Source of the DNA: an uncultured delta proteobacterium | GTDB taxonomy: Bacteria > Desulfobacterota > Syntrophobacteria > Syntrophobacterales > Syntrophobacteraceae | Reading direction: 5' to 3' | DNA: 47,432 nucleotides | Assembly (NCBI GenBank): GCA_963808625.1 | Contig: CAWEHK010000005.1 | Coordinates: 1 to 47,432, forward strand | In this document: positions 1 to 9,253 of the stretch, piece after piece | Layout: the number at the start of each line of letters is the position of its first letter | How positions within the stretch are numbered: position 1 is the stretch's first letter | Translations under genes and position numbers: made by a program | Notes under the pieces: model-generated | Database searches by the model: none | Told to the model about the DNA's origin: nothing | What the model saw: only the letters and a program-made list of their open reading frames with translations

Positions 1-70
1 GTTGACATTTCGATTGAGAATTACACCATTTCTTCATTTGCCCAGAGGCTTTTTAACAAAGGAGAAAAAT

Positions 71-589
71 ATGCGTGCTATGATCTGTATTGTTTTCTCC
101 ATCTTACTGTTGGTTCCCAATGTTTGTCTTAGCTTTGGGAAGGGCGACATAATCGACATTCGCCATGAGGTTCCAATGATTCCTCAATCAAGTTCAACTT
201 CCTGTTGGGCTGCAGCAGCAGCAATGGTATTGGGCAAGAAGAGTATTGGGGCAGGTGGAGCCCAAGTCGGCTCTTCTGGACTAGAATCGGACTTCACAAA
301 TATTAAGAAGTTCGCAGATTCCGCCGGTCTCAAAATGAAAGCACCCCAGAGCTGGACCATACAAGGTCTTGCGGAACTCTTGAAAGCAGGGCCATTGATG
401 GTCTTTGGGAGGGTTCCTCGCGGCCATGCATATGTCATCACAGGACTAAAAGGTGACGGAACCGCATCCGGCACACTCATTTTCATCAATGATCCGGCTC
501 CTCCGGGTAAGGGCTCCCTCGTCATCGACCCATACGAATATGTCATGCAGAAGTATCAAAGGGCAACTGATTACATTCTATATAAGTGA
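71..589 (+). CDS. Secreted papain-fold cysteine peptidase (AvrRpt2/Peptidase C70- or C39-like)
   Basis: AAGGAG RBS before ATG at 71; hydrophobic signal peptide (MRAMICIVFSILLLVPNVCLS); Q-x5-CW (QSSSTSCWAAA), GHAYVITG and NDP motifs give a Cys-His-Asp triad. Confidence 0.75.
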   Translation: MRAMICIVFSILLLVPNVCLSFGKGDIIDIRHEVPMIPQSSSTSCWAAAAAMVLGKKSIGAGGAQVGSSGLESDFTNIKKFADSAGLKMKAPQSWTIQGLAELLKAGPLMVFGRVPRGHAYVITGLKGDGTASGTLIFINDPAPPGKGSLVIDPYEYVMQKYQRATDYILYK

Positions 590-997
590 TACATTCTACA
601 CTGCATGCAGTGTGAATGTAGTCATCGGCGGGCGGCCAGGACAACTTGCTTGCCCAGGCGCAAAGCGCAACAGACCGATTTTAAGCCTCTTGTGGCAATC
701 TGGCGTGAATTCTCAATTCGGCGGGTTCGAAATACCTTATAACGTTAGGACATTGTGACCGCCGGCGGGGGCCACCTCAAGGCCTCGCCTGGTGTGCTCC
801 TGGCCTTTGATTTCCTCAAGATCCATGCCCTCGGTGAGTTGAGTATTCCAGTTCTCTTTCCGATCGAAAAGAACCGAGCTTCAATCATCTGCTGACTCGG
901 CTTCTCTAAGCCGACGGCATCTTGTTTTATGAAAAGGTTCCTTATAGAATAAAGCGTGTGGCTTGTGTAGGGATGGTCGCCTGGCGAGAATGGATTT

Positions 998-1653
998 ATG
1001 GCAATCTGCTATTATAAAATCTTGGGCGTTTCGGTACGCGCCAGTCAGGACGAAATCAAGAGGGCCTTCAGGATGCTGGCGCTTCGCTGGCATCCTGACC
1101 GCAACCCTCATGACCCGGTTGCGGCCGAACGCTTTCGCGAAGCCCTCGACGCCTATGAGAACCTCATCGACCCGTCCCGACGCGGCCGATACGACCAGGT
1201 TCGCCGCCATAAGGGCTCAAGAACCAGGACCCGTCGCCACGAGCGGCGCCCGGGACCGCAGCGAGCCTCCTCTTATACCGTAGAAGAGATTTTGAGCGAG
1301 CTTTTCGGCTTTGACGACCCATTACGCCAGGCAGCATCGAAGGAACGACCTGCGCTTCGATCTGCAAATACCTCGAAGCGCCGCCGTCCACGGGACCCAG
1401 GAGGAAATCATTTTTCGCCGCTGGGTCTTCTGCCGCACCTGCATGGGAAACGGCAATAAGATCCGCGTCCTCAACTTGCCTGCAATGTCATGGTGCGGGC
1501 GAGCTGGAGGAGTCGCGTACGCTCAAGGTTTGGATTCCTGCCGGCAGTCAGCAGGGAGCCCGGCTGCGGGTCACGGGTGAGGGGGATCGCTTGAGCCCGC
1601 AGGTCCCTCCGGGTGATTTGGTCATATGTTTGCATGTTATCGAAGGGAAATAG
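998..1653 (+). CDS. DnaJ-domain protein (J domain plus partial zinc finger and C-terminal domain), frameshifted
   Basis: YYKILGV...HPD J domain; continues in other frames as DLRFDLQI, CRTCMGNG, and GDLVICLHVIEGK* ending at 1653. Confidence 0.8.
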
Positions 1654-1738
1654 TCGGGTCGCAACGGAGCATGAGAAGCAAGACTGATGACAGAAGTAAC
1701 TTCTCTGAAAGAATGGGGACGGGACGCTTCACTAATCC

Positions 1739-1772
1739 CTGGATTCCCGCCAGAAGCATGCGGGAATGACGA
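1739..1772. repeat. REP-like palindrome, GGATTCCCGC...GCGGGAATGAC family (half unit)
   Basis: CTGGATTCCCGCCAGAAGCATGCGGGAATGACG; related copies at about 6722, 19894 and 38132. Confidence 0.8.
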
Positions 1773-1849
1773 TCCGAGGCTCCGATGCTCCCTTAGGCAC
1801 ATAAGGTTATTGTGACGCTGCAGGCAGAAGAAGCAAGGTTTTGTCGTTC

Positions 1850-1944
1850 TTCTGACTCCTGGCTTGTGGCTTCTGGCTCCTGGCTTCTGGCTTCTGATTT
1901 CTGACTTCTGACTTCTGACTACTGAATTCTGACTCCTGACTTCT
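1850..1944. repeat. Degenerate 7-bp tandem repeat (CTTCTGA/CTCCTGG), about 13 units
   Basis: TCTGACTCCTGGCTTGTGGCTTCTGGCTCCTGGCTTCTGG...CTGACTTCTGACTTCTGAC; same family on the opposite strand at 10962 and 44146. Confidence 0.85.
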
Positions 1945-1965
1945 CATGCAAAGAAAGTTTCGAGC

Positions 1966-2478
1966 ATGACCAAAAGTGAAAACGAGTTTACTCATATCGA
2001 TGCCGAGGGGCGCCTGCGCATGGTGGACGTCGGCGAAAAGGAAGTGACCCATCGCGAAGCCAGGGCTGAAGCGACGGTTGTCCTTTCCCGCGAGACCCTC
2101 GAGCGCATCGTGGACCAGAAGATGCCCAAGGGAAACGTTTTTGAGGCTGCGCGCCTGGCGGGCATCATGGCAGCCAAGAAGACGGCTGACTTGATCCCCC
2201 TTTGCCACCCGATTCAACTTACGGAAATCAAAATAGATTTCTCAATAGGCGCCGAGCAGGGCCAAATTTCAGCCGCCGAGCAAGGCCGCATCTTGATATC
2301 CTCCCAGGTCAAAACCAGGGACCGGACCGGGGTCGAGATGGAAGCGCTGGTCGCCGTGACGCACGCCGCCCTTACCATTTATGACATGTGCAAAGCGGTT
2401 GATCGGGGCATGGAGATCACCGATGTCCGGCTGAGCTACAAGAGCGGCGGGAGAAGCGGAACTTATCAGCGCCTTTAG
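1966..2478 (+). CDS. moaC: Cyclic pyranopterin monophosphate synthase MoaC
   Basis: FTHID...MVDVGEK, LIPLCHP, TGVEMEAL, YDMCKAVD and KSGG motifs. Confidence 0.97.
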   Translation: MTKSENEFTHIDAEGRLRMVDVGEKEVTHREARAEATVVLSRETLERIVDQKMPKGNVFEAARLAGIMAAKKTADLIPLCHPIQLTEIKIDFSIGAEQGQISAAEQGRILISSQVKTRDRTGVEMEALVAVTHAALTIYDMCKAVDRGMEITDVRLSYKSGGRSGTYQRL

Positions 2479-2563
2479 CAACTTTTGGACAGTGATTTTT
2501 ACTTTACTCTTGCGCGCGAGTGTGATAGCGAACACTCTTTGATAAATTGAGGGAGGGCGCCGT

Positions 2564-2926
2564 ATGGACAAAGAGACACAGGCCTTATTTAAAGAGATTC
2601 TGACCCGGAGATTGAGCGAGCTCTTTACCGAAGCCGAAAAGACCGTGGCCGGCATGACCGATACGGAGGAGACTTTCCCGGATCCAACGGATCGCGCGAC
2701 CCTCGAATCGGACAGGAATTTCATCCTCCGGATCAGGGACCGCGAACGGAAGCTCATCATGAAAATCCGTGAAGCCCTGCAGCGGATGGAAGACGGCACC
2801 TTCGGTATTTGTGAGACCTGTGGTGACGAGATCGGCATTGATCGCCTGATGGCCCGGCCGGTGACAACCCTTTGCATCGAGTGCAAGCGCCGGCAGGAAG
2901 CGAACGAGCGAGCCCGGGGCATGTAG
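2564..2926 (+). CDS. dksA: RNA polymerase-binding protein DksA
   Basis: DPTDRA acidic tip; CETC...CIEC zinc finger; GAGGGAG RBS. Confidence 0.95.
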   Translation: MDKETQALFKEILTRRLSELFTEAEKTVAGMTDTEETFPDPTDRATLESDRNFILRIRDRERKLIMKIREALQRMEDGTFGICETCGDEIGIDRLMARPVTTLCIECKRRQEANERARGM

Positions 2927-2947
2927 CTTCCGATTCACTCCGTCTGG

Positions 2948-3972
2948 TCACCTCTGCAGAGGGAGGCTTGTGTCATAGCAACCCTCTACGCGCAGCACGT
3001 CCCCCACCCAGATTACCTGCGCTTTCCCTTCGTCGGTCAGGAGCCGGAGCGCCCCTTCCGGGGTAAATCCCAAAGCCTTTCCTGAGATTTCTTCCTTCCC
3101 GGACTGGATCCGCAACTGTTTTCCGAGGATCGCCGAAACCCGTTCGAACTCGGGGAGCATCGCCCCAAAGCCATTGTTTAAATAATATTCATATTCCGTC
3201 TCGAAACGATGGATAAGATGCAGGAGCACGTCCTGGCGCTTGACCGGAGATCCGAGCTCAATCGCAAGCGAGGTGGCAGGGTAGCGAAAGGGTTCCGCCA
3301 GCTCGCTCTCCTTGTGGTTGGCATTGATCCCCATCCCGATCACGATGAAACGCGTATGATCCTGGTCCGATTGCATGTCGGCCAGGATCCCGGCAAGCTT
3401 TTTCCCGGCAACGAGAACATCGTTGGGCCACTTGATGGCAGCCGGGAGCCCATAGTTTTCCGTGAGCACCTTCACCAACGCCAGCGCCGCCACCATCGCA
3501 GCCTGGGGAGCTTCCTGCACGGGCAGGGGATTTCGGAGAATCATGGAGAGGTAGATGCCGCTTCCCGCAGGTGAAAACCAAGATCGCTGCAGGCGGCCTC
3601 GCCCTTTGGTCTGTTCTTCGGCGACGACAACCGTGCCATGCTCCGCTCCCTGCACGGCCAGGAGCAAGGCTTCGTCATTGGTGGAGCCGATCTGCCGGAA
3701 ATGATGGTAGGTTCGGGCAAGCCATGAGGTCTCGAGGTGACGGAACGATTTCCTCGGGAATGAGGAGATCGGGAATCGCCCGCAGTTTGTAGCCTTCTTT
3801 GGGATGGCTGATGATGTCATAGCCCAACGACCTGAGGTTTTTGATATGTTTCCAGACGCTCGTGCGGCTCAAATGCAGCCGGGATGCCAAACTGGTCCCG
3901 GAAACAGAGTCTCCCTTGTTTTTCCTTGAGCAGGTGCAGGACCTGCACGTGCGTTCGATCGAATTGTGCCAT
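2948..3972 (-). CDS. birA: Bifunctional biotin--[acetyl-CoA carboxylase] ligase/repressor BirA, frameshifted
   Basis: N-terminal HTH (SGTSLASRLHLSRTSVWKHI) in one frame; STND, GRGR, KWPND and KLAGIL in the next frame. Confidence 0.93.
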
Positions 3973-3997
3973 GAGTCCACCCTCCCCGGGGCGCTGA

Positions 3998-4747
3998 TCA
4001 GCCGCAAAAGCAACAGGCCGAGACCGCCAACAGGACGACCTCGGTGATTTCATTGAGAGCGCCGAGCACATCTCCCGTGATCCCTCCCAACCATCGGCGG
4101 CTCAGCAATCTCAGAAGCCCTGCGCACGCCAGAGCGATGCCCAGGTAGAAGGCAGCGAACTTGAGGCTGAAGAAAACGAGGAACACCAGCGACAGCAACG
4201 AAGCGCCAACCAATTGCTGAAAATCCATGTGCTCCAGGAAGGGTCGCGCCAACCCCCCGACGCTCCGTGCATAAGGCATATGGTAGGCGCCCAGCACCAT
4301 GGCGAAGCGACTCACCACCGGCGCCAGGATCATGCCGGCCCAGCAGTGGCCGAGCACCAGGCTATACAAGGCAGCGCTCTTGAGCAGCACGGCAAAGATC
4401 AGGGCAAGGGCCCCAAAGGCGCCCGTCCGGCTGTCTTTCATGATTTCCAGGCGGCGCTCGGGAGTGTAGCCTCCCCCGATGCCGTCGGCGAGGTCAGCGA
4501 GGCCGTCGAGGTGCAAGCCGCGCGTCAAGATGGCCAGGAGGGCCGTCAACAGAACGGCAAGCAGCAGGGGTGGGGCACTCTGAAGCTGCCATGCTACGGC
4601 TGCCGAGCACAGGCCGAGCAAAAATCCGACCGCGGGAAACCACGTAAAGCTTTTCGCCAGGTCAGCAGGGCTTATCTCGCCCGAAGGGGTGCAGGGCAGG
4701 CGAACGATGGTAAGAAACGAGACGGCGATGGTAAAATGCTTCCACAT
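3998..4747 (-). CDS. cobS: Adenosylcobinamide-GDP ribazoletransferase CobS
   Basis: GLHLDGLADLADG, IMKDSRTG and GGITGDVLGA motifs; start placed at MWKHF. Confidence 0.95.
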   Translation of the reverse strand: MWKHFTIAVSFLTIVRLPCTPSGEISPADLAKSFTWFPAVGFLLGLCSAAVAWQLQSAPPLLLAVLLTALLAILTRGLHLDGLADLADGIGGGYTPERRLEIMKDSRTGAFGALALIFAVLLKSAALYSLVLGHCWAGMILAPVVSRFAMVLGAYHMPYARSVGGLARPFLEHMDFQQLVGASLLSLVFLVFFSLKFAAFYLGIALACAGLLRLLSRRWLGGITGDVLGALNEITEVVLLAVSACCFCG

Positions 4748-4800
4748 CAGAGATTTCCAGCGAGACCAGGGCAGGTTGGGATTATGCGTGTCTTTGGTTT

Positions 4801-5034
4801 CCACCGCAGAGACGCAGAGTTCGCAGAGATGATTGGAGGCATATCCGTTGGTTCCGCTGGTTCCCAAGCTCCAGCTTGGGAACCAGCGGAATATCGAATA
4901 TCGAACAAGGAACCGCAGAATGTCGAAGGATTGCGGTGAATGCAGCTTTGAAGAAGTGTGGCTGGCATTAAGACCGGACAGCACAACCAAAAAAACTTCA
5001 TCATTCGAAATTCCTTGTTCGATATTCGATATTC
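4801..5034. repeat. Cluster of three intergenic repeat types between cobU and cobS
   Basis: CGCAGAG 9-mer triplet 4803-4828; perfect 19-bp-arm hairpin 4852-4891; perfect 24-bp inverted repeat GAATATCGAATATCGAACAAGGAA at 4889-4912 and 5011-5034. Confidence 0.85.
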
Positions 5035-5189
5035 ATTTCTTCAAGTGAAACAAGGTAGCTTCTTAATTTGTCACATAATATGAATCATGACTTCTGCCGC
5101 AATGACTATGCTCGCGAAGGTCGAAGTTTATTTACGGAGCCCAAGACGCAACTTATGAGACTTCTCGATCCCAAGTCCCGATCAGGGAT

Positions 5190-5723
5190 TCACTTGAGCC
5201 GAAGGGGAAGTCCGGCGACCACCAGAGTTACCGCACGGCAGGCTGCCGCCACGCGCTGGTTGGTGATCCCCGCCAGGTCTCGGAAGCCCCTTGCCAGTGC
5301 ATTTTCCGGGACAATACCACCGCCCACCTCATTGGATACCAGGAACAACGGGTAATCGACAACCCGGATGAGCTCCACAAGGTCCCCTACGGCTCCCTGC
5401 GGGGGTTCCTCCGGGGTCCGAAGCATCAGATTGGTCAGCCAGAGGGTCAGGCAGTCAACCAGGACCGCACGGTTTCGCCCTTGCAGCTCGCGAAGGGTTT
5501 TGACGAGTTCGAGCGGACTCTCAACGGTTTCCCACGACCGCACTCTTCGCTCCTGGTGGGTGCGGACGCGGTCTGCCATTTCCTCGTCCAACACCTGGGC
5601 CGTAGCGACATAAATATAGGGAGCAGGATAAACCGCAACGAGCTTTTCGGCATAAGCACTCTTGCCGCTTTTGGCGCCTCCCAGAATCAGGTGGGGAGTC
5701 TGGATTGCGGAGTCTATCGGCAT
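5190..5723 (-). CDS. cobU: Adenosylcobinamide kinase/adenosylcobinamide-phosphate guanylyltransferase
   Basis: GGAKSGKS, YVATA, DCLTLW, VSNEVGGG and FRDLAG motifs. Confidence 0.95.
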   Translation of the reverse strand: MPIDSAIQTPHLILGGAKSGKSAYAEKLVAVYPAPYIYVATAQVLDEEMADRVRTHQERRVRSWETVESPLELVKTLRELQGRNRAVLVDCLTLWLTNLMLRTPEEPPQGAVGDLVELIRVVDYPLFLVSNEVGGGIVPENALARGFRDLAGITNQRVAAACRAVTLVVAGLPLRLK

Positions 5724-6151
5724 TGTTGGCTTGCTTCGCGCGCGAGGAGCGCCGAGAGATGATGGGTGACGAGCTTTTCGACGAGGTGCGGCAGAGGTTC
5801 TCTGACGGCCCCAACGACGGCCAGCGGTTCCTGCGTCAAAGGCAGCAGGAGCTTAAGCGCCGGTGAAGATCCGATGGCCTCGACCATCCGCAAAGTGACC
5901 TCACCCATCATGGCGTTGGCTATGAGGACGGCGATCGGGCCGGCGATGGCGTCAACCCTTCCGGCACAGTGACAGACGGCGTTTTCTCCGGTGGCCCCGC
6001 GGTTGGCACCGGCTTTCATCATCTGTGACGTGGCAATGGCGTTGGTCCCAAGGGCCCACAGCTCGATTTCTTCACCGAATACTTCCCTGATTCGCCTTAT
6101 GATCGCTGCGCCGATCCCACCGCCTTGACCATCGATGATCGCTATCTTCAT
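5714..6151 (-). CDS. DUF3842 family protein
   Basis: KIAIIDGQGGGIG...ALGTNAIAT...GATGENA signature. Confidence 0.85.
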   Translation of the reverse strand: MKIAIIDGQGGGIGAAIIRRIREVFGEEIELWALGTNAIATSQMMKAGANRGATGENAVCHCAGRVDAIAGPIAVLIANAMMGEVTLRMVEAIGSSPALKLLLPLTQEPLAVVGAVREPLPHLVEKLVTHHLSALLAREASQQCR

Positions 6152-6177
6152 CAAGAGGCTCTCCTCTCGGACGAACG

Positions 6178-6456
6178 TTAATCATCCCTTTCGGGACCGT
6201 CTTCCATGGGATGCTCGGGCACCAGCAGACCCCAGGCCCTGAAGAGCTCATGAAAGCGCAGAATATATTGCGCGCCGTCGCTGGTTTCCACCTTAAAATA
6301 GCGCAGCGGCATGCGTGTCGAGTCAACCTTTCCTTCGTACCATCGGTCAAGGATCCGCGCAATCTCAAACCGCTTCTCGCGCCATTGAAAACCATAAGGT
6401 TCCTGGGCTTCCCGGTATTCGTCCCGAGTGAATACGGTGATTCGCTCAAACTTCAT
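6178..6456 (-). CDS. Conserved hypothetical protein (DUF6504-like)
   Basis: P-x-x-F-x-W...ILDRW...YFKV pattern; same strand as neighbours. Confidence 0.6.
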   Translation of the reverse strand: MKFERITVFTRDEYREAQEPYGFQWREKRFEIARILDRWYEGKVDSTRMPLRYFKVETSDGAQYILRFHELFRAWGLLVPEHPMEDGPERDD

Positions 6457-6466
6457 CTTGTTCTTT

Positions 6467-6494
6467 CACCACGAAGGACACGAAGATCACGAAG
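6467..6494. repeat. CACGAAG 9-bp-period repeat, single arm
   Basis: CACCACGAAGGACACGAAGATCACGAAG; same family at about 9163, 20107 and 42518. Confidence 0.8.
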
Positions 6495-6532
6495 CATTTG
6501 CAGAACGAGGCGCCCAGTTTAGCCGCTAACTC

Positions 6533-6632
6533 GTGTCCATCCGGAAACCCCATCTTGCAGGAGGGGCTTCCAGCCGAGATCGGGGCTGGAAGCCCCTCCT
6601 ACAGAGCAAGGTGCCACTTTCCGGATGAGAAC
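6533..6632. mobile_element. 100-bp MITE-like element with a REP hairpin inside
   Basis: 15-bp imperfect TIRs GTGTCCATCCGGAAA / TTTCCGGATGAGAAC; direct repeat TAACTC on both sides (6527-6532, 6633-6638); internal palindrome 6557-6603. Confidence 0.7.
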
Positions 6633-6642
6633 TAACTCGCCG

Positions 6643-6754
6643 CGTCACCCCCGCATGCTCCCCGCCTAAGGCGTTGCGGGGACAAGCTTTGGCGGGGGTC
6701 CAAGGGCCTGATAGAACCTTGCTGGATTCCCGCCAAAAGCATGCGGGAATGACG
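6643..6754. repeat. Full GTCA(T/C)TCCCGC...GCGGGAATGAC REP doublet with an inserted hairpin
   Basis: CGTCACCCCCGCATGC...TTGGCGGGGGTCCA...CTGGATTCCCGCCAAAAGCATGCGGGAATGACG. Confidence 0.75.
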
Positions 6755-7021
6755 GTCAGAGGCTTTCCCGATTGGGTATAACTACCTCTCGCCAAGCCAA
6801 AAGTTGCCTCATGCTGCAACCATCCGGAAGTGAAAATTATAGTGACAACCCGCTTCAAAAAGAAACGTTTTTTGTTAAACTTTTAAGGAGATTAAGGCTA
6901 TATGGGGGCGACGGGCAGGATTTGCCCGTTCCTTTACGGGGAAACTCAAATCTGCACTGTGCCTCTTCATTGGGAACCCCCTGCGGGGTTTCTTGAACGA
7001 AGGCTGGAAAGGAGCAGGCAC

Positions 7022-7555
7022 ATGGCTCAAAAACTTCTCCTGGTGATTGATGTGCTGAATGATTTCCTGGATCCGAAGGGGACCCTGTATTGTGGGGATG
7101 AAGCCAGAAAAATCATTCCTGCCGTCCGTTCCCTGGTGGACCGGTTTGCCGCCGAGGGCCAGCCCGTTATCTACCTGCGCGATGCTCATGCTCCGGATGA
7201 CAAGGAGTTTGAGCTGTTCGCTTCGCACGCCGTGAAAGAAAGTTGGGGAGGTCGGTTTATTCCGGAGCTGACCCCGCCGGAAGCGAGTCTCCTGGTTGAT
7301 AAGACCCGCTTCAGCGGGTTGTTCGGCAACGACCTCGATTCAATCCTGGCTTCCTTCAAGCCTGATGAAGTCTGGATCAGCGGCGTGTGCACTTCCATTT
7401 GCGTCATGGATACCGCCGGAGATCTGCGCAATCGTGACTACCAGGTCGTTATACCCGTTAATGCGGTCGCTGACTTCGATCCGGAATTCCATGATTTTGC
7501 CTTGAGGCGGATGAAACGGGTCTATGGAGCGCGGCTTGTCGAAGCTGAAGGTTGA
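7022..7555 (+). CDS. pncA: Nicotinamidase / isochorismatase-family cysteine hydrolase
   Basis: VIDVLNDF, D-x-H, KTRFSG and GVCTSICV motifs; AAGGAG RBS; directly upstream of pncB. Confidence 0.85.
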   Translation: MAQKLLLVIDVLNDFLDPKGTLYCGDEARKIIPAVRSLVDRFAAEGQPVIYLRDAHAPDDKEFELFASHAVKESWGGRFIPELTPPEASLLVDKTRFSGLFGNDLDSILASFKPDEVWISGVCTSICVMDTAGDLRNRDYQVVIPVNAVADFDPEFHDFALRRMKRVYGARLVEAEG

Positions 7556-7565
7556 GAGGCGGAAC

Positions 7566-8951
7566 ATGACCATCTGGAAACAATATGAGCCTGAGCTGCT
7601 TACTGATCTCTATGAACTGACGATGGCTGCAAGTTACCTGGAAGAAGGGATGTTTGGAGAGGCGACGTTCAGTCTGTTCATAAGGGAGCATCCCGAGCGT
7701 GCCTATTTCGTTTCAGCCGGATTGGAGCATTTGAAGGACATAATCCCGCAGTTGCGTTTCAGTGAATCATCTGTTGACTATATCGCGGGGACGGGGAAAT
7801 TCTCACCGGCCTTTTTGGACTACCTCGGACGGTTTCGTTTCACCGGGTCCGTCAGGGCCATCCCTGAAGGCCGCATCTTTTTTGCCCAGGAACCGATTCT
7901 TGAAGTAACGGCCCCGATCATTGAGGCGCAGGTCCTGGAAACGCTGGTGCTCAATGTCATTCAGATGGAAACGCTCATTGCCTCGAAGGCCGCGCGCTGT
8001 GTTCACGCGGCGCGGGGAAAGGCCCTGATAGACTTTTCCGCCAGGCGGACCCATGGGGTGGATGCCGCGGTGAAGGTTGCGCGAGCAAGCTATCTCGCGG
8101 GGTTTGCCGGAACCAGCAATATCCTCGCCGGAAAAATTTACGGCATCCCGGTTTTCGGCACCATGGCGCATTCTTATGTAACAAGCTTCAGCAGCGAGAA
8201 GGATTCTTTTTTGGCCTTTGCCAGGGCTTTCCCCGATAACGTGATCCTTCTTATTGACACCTACGACACCTTGTGCGGGGCGAAGAAAGCCATCGAGGTA
8301 GCCCGGCTGATGGCTGCCAAAGGCAGGCGACTCCGGGGGGTGAGGCTGGACAGCGGCGATCTGGTGCAGCTCAGCCGCCAGGTCAAGGACCTCCTCAGAG
8401 ATGCCGGGTTTCCTGACGTGAAGATTCTGGTGAGTGGCAGCCTTGATGAATTTCGCCTCCAGGAACTGCTGGACGCCGGGGCCGAAATCGATCTCTTTGC
8501 CGTTGGGACACGCATGGGGGTTTCTGCTGACGTGCCGTACTTCAACATTGTCTACAAGATGGTCGAACATGACGGCCATCCGGTGCTCAAGCTGAGCAGC
8601 GGCAAAAAGACCTGGGTAGGGAAAAAACAGGTATTCCGCTATCATGATGAAGACGGCAGGATGCGCGAGGACCTCCTCGGTCTGATGGGCGAAGACCATC
8701 CCGAAGGAGAACCCCTGCTCGAGACCGTCATCAGCAACGGCCGCCTGGTGTGCCCGCTTGAGCCGCTCGGCGTGATTCGGGATCGTTTCGCGGGGGAGAG
8801 GGAAAGACTTCCCCTGGCGTATCGGGAGATTCACTCCCCCGCAAAATACCCGGTCAAAATCAGTGCCGCTCTCCGCGATCTCGATGAACGAACGGCCAGG
8901 GAGAAGGCAAAGCAGGAAATCACCGGGGAGATCGGGTCGGGCTGCATTTAG
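7566..8951 (+). CDS. pncB: Nicotinate phosphoribosyltransferase
   Basis: LLTDLYELTM, GTMAHS, LIDTYD, GVRLDSGD and KLSSGK motifs. Confidence 0.95.
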   Translation: MTIWKQYEPELLTDLYELTMAASYLEEGMFGEATFSLFIREHPERAYFVSAGLEHLKDIIPQLRFSESSVDYIAGTGKFSPAFLDYLGRFRFTGSVRAIPEGRIFFAQEPILEVTAPIIEAQVLETLVLNVIQMETLIASKAARCVHAARGKALIDFSARRTHGVDAAVKVARASYLAGFAGTSNILAGKIYGIPVFGTMAHSYVTSFSSEKDSFLAFARAFPDNVILLIDTYDTLCGAKKAIEVARLMAAKGRRLRGVRLDSGDLVQLSRQVKDLLRDAGFPDVKILVSGSLDEFRLQELLDAGAEIDLFAVGTRMGVSADVPYFNIVYKMVEHDGHPVLKLSSGKKTWVGKKQVFRYHDEDGRMREDLLGLMGEDHPEGEPLLETVISNGRLVCPLEPLGVIRDRFAGERERLPLAYREIHSPAKYPVKISAALRDLDERTAREKAKQEITGEIGSGCI

Positions 8952-8977
8952 GCCCGTTAAGATTAGAAATCTGCTTT

Positions 8978-9037
8978 CTGTAGGAGCGGCACTTTGCCGC
9001 GACCTTGTAAAATCGCGCCTAAGAGGCGCTCCTACAG
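8978..9037. repeat. GTAG-type REP doublet, possible terminator between convergent genes
   Basis: CTGTAGGAGCG...CGCTCCTACAG inverted arms with internal hairpins. Confidence 0.75.
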
Positions 9038-9117
9038 AAGGGTGCTGGTTCTGGCAAAGGGAAAGATCTCTATCTCAATCGGTATAAGAGGCATTGCCGG
9101 CAGTCCGGAACTGCTTA

Positions 9118-9253
9118 GAGACTGTCCAAAAACAACTTGCACTCATTTCAGCCCTTTTTCGAACCACGAAGAACACGAAGAGCACGAAGAAATCACTTCG
9201 TGTCCTTCGTGTTCTTCGTGGTAAAAGAAGGCCTTTTATTTTTGGACGCCCCC
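9118..9253. mobile_element. 136-bp MITE-like element, copy 1, carrying a CACGAAG hairpin
   Basis: TIRs GAGACTGTCCAAAAA / TTTTTGGACGCCCCC; TTA on both flanks (9115-9117, 9254-9256); similar copy at 20063-20198. Confidence 0.75.

Noticed and set aside
4748..5190. Cobalamin riboswitch, or an N-terminal extension of CobS
   Set aside because: No B12-box recognised; the region consists of repeat elements and the extended ORF merely reads through them
9163..9222. CRISPR-like repeats in the CACGAAG tracts
   Set aside because: 9-bp period forming a hairpin, with no unique spacers
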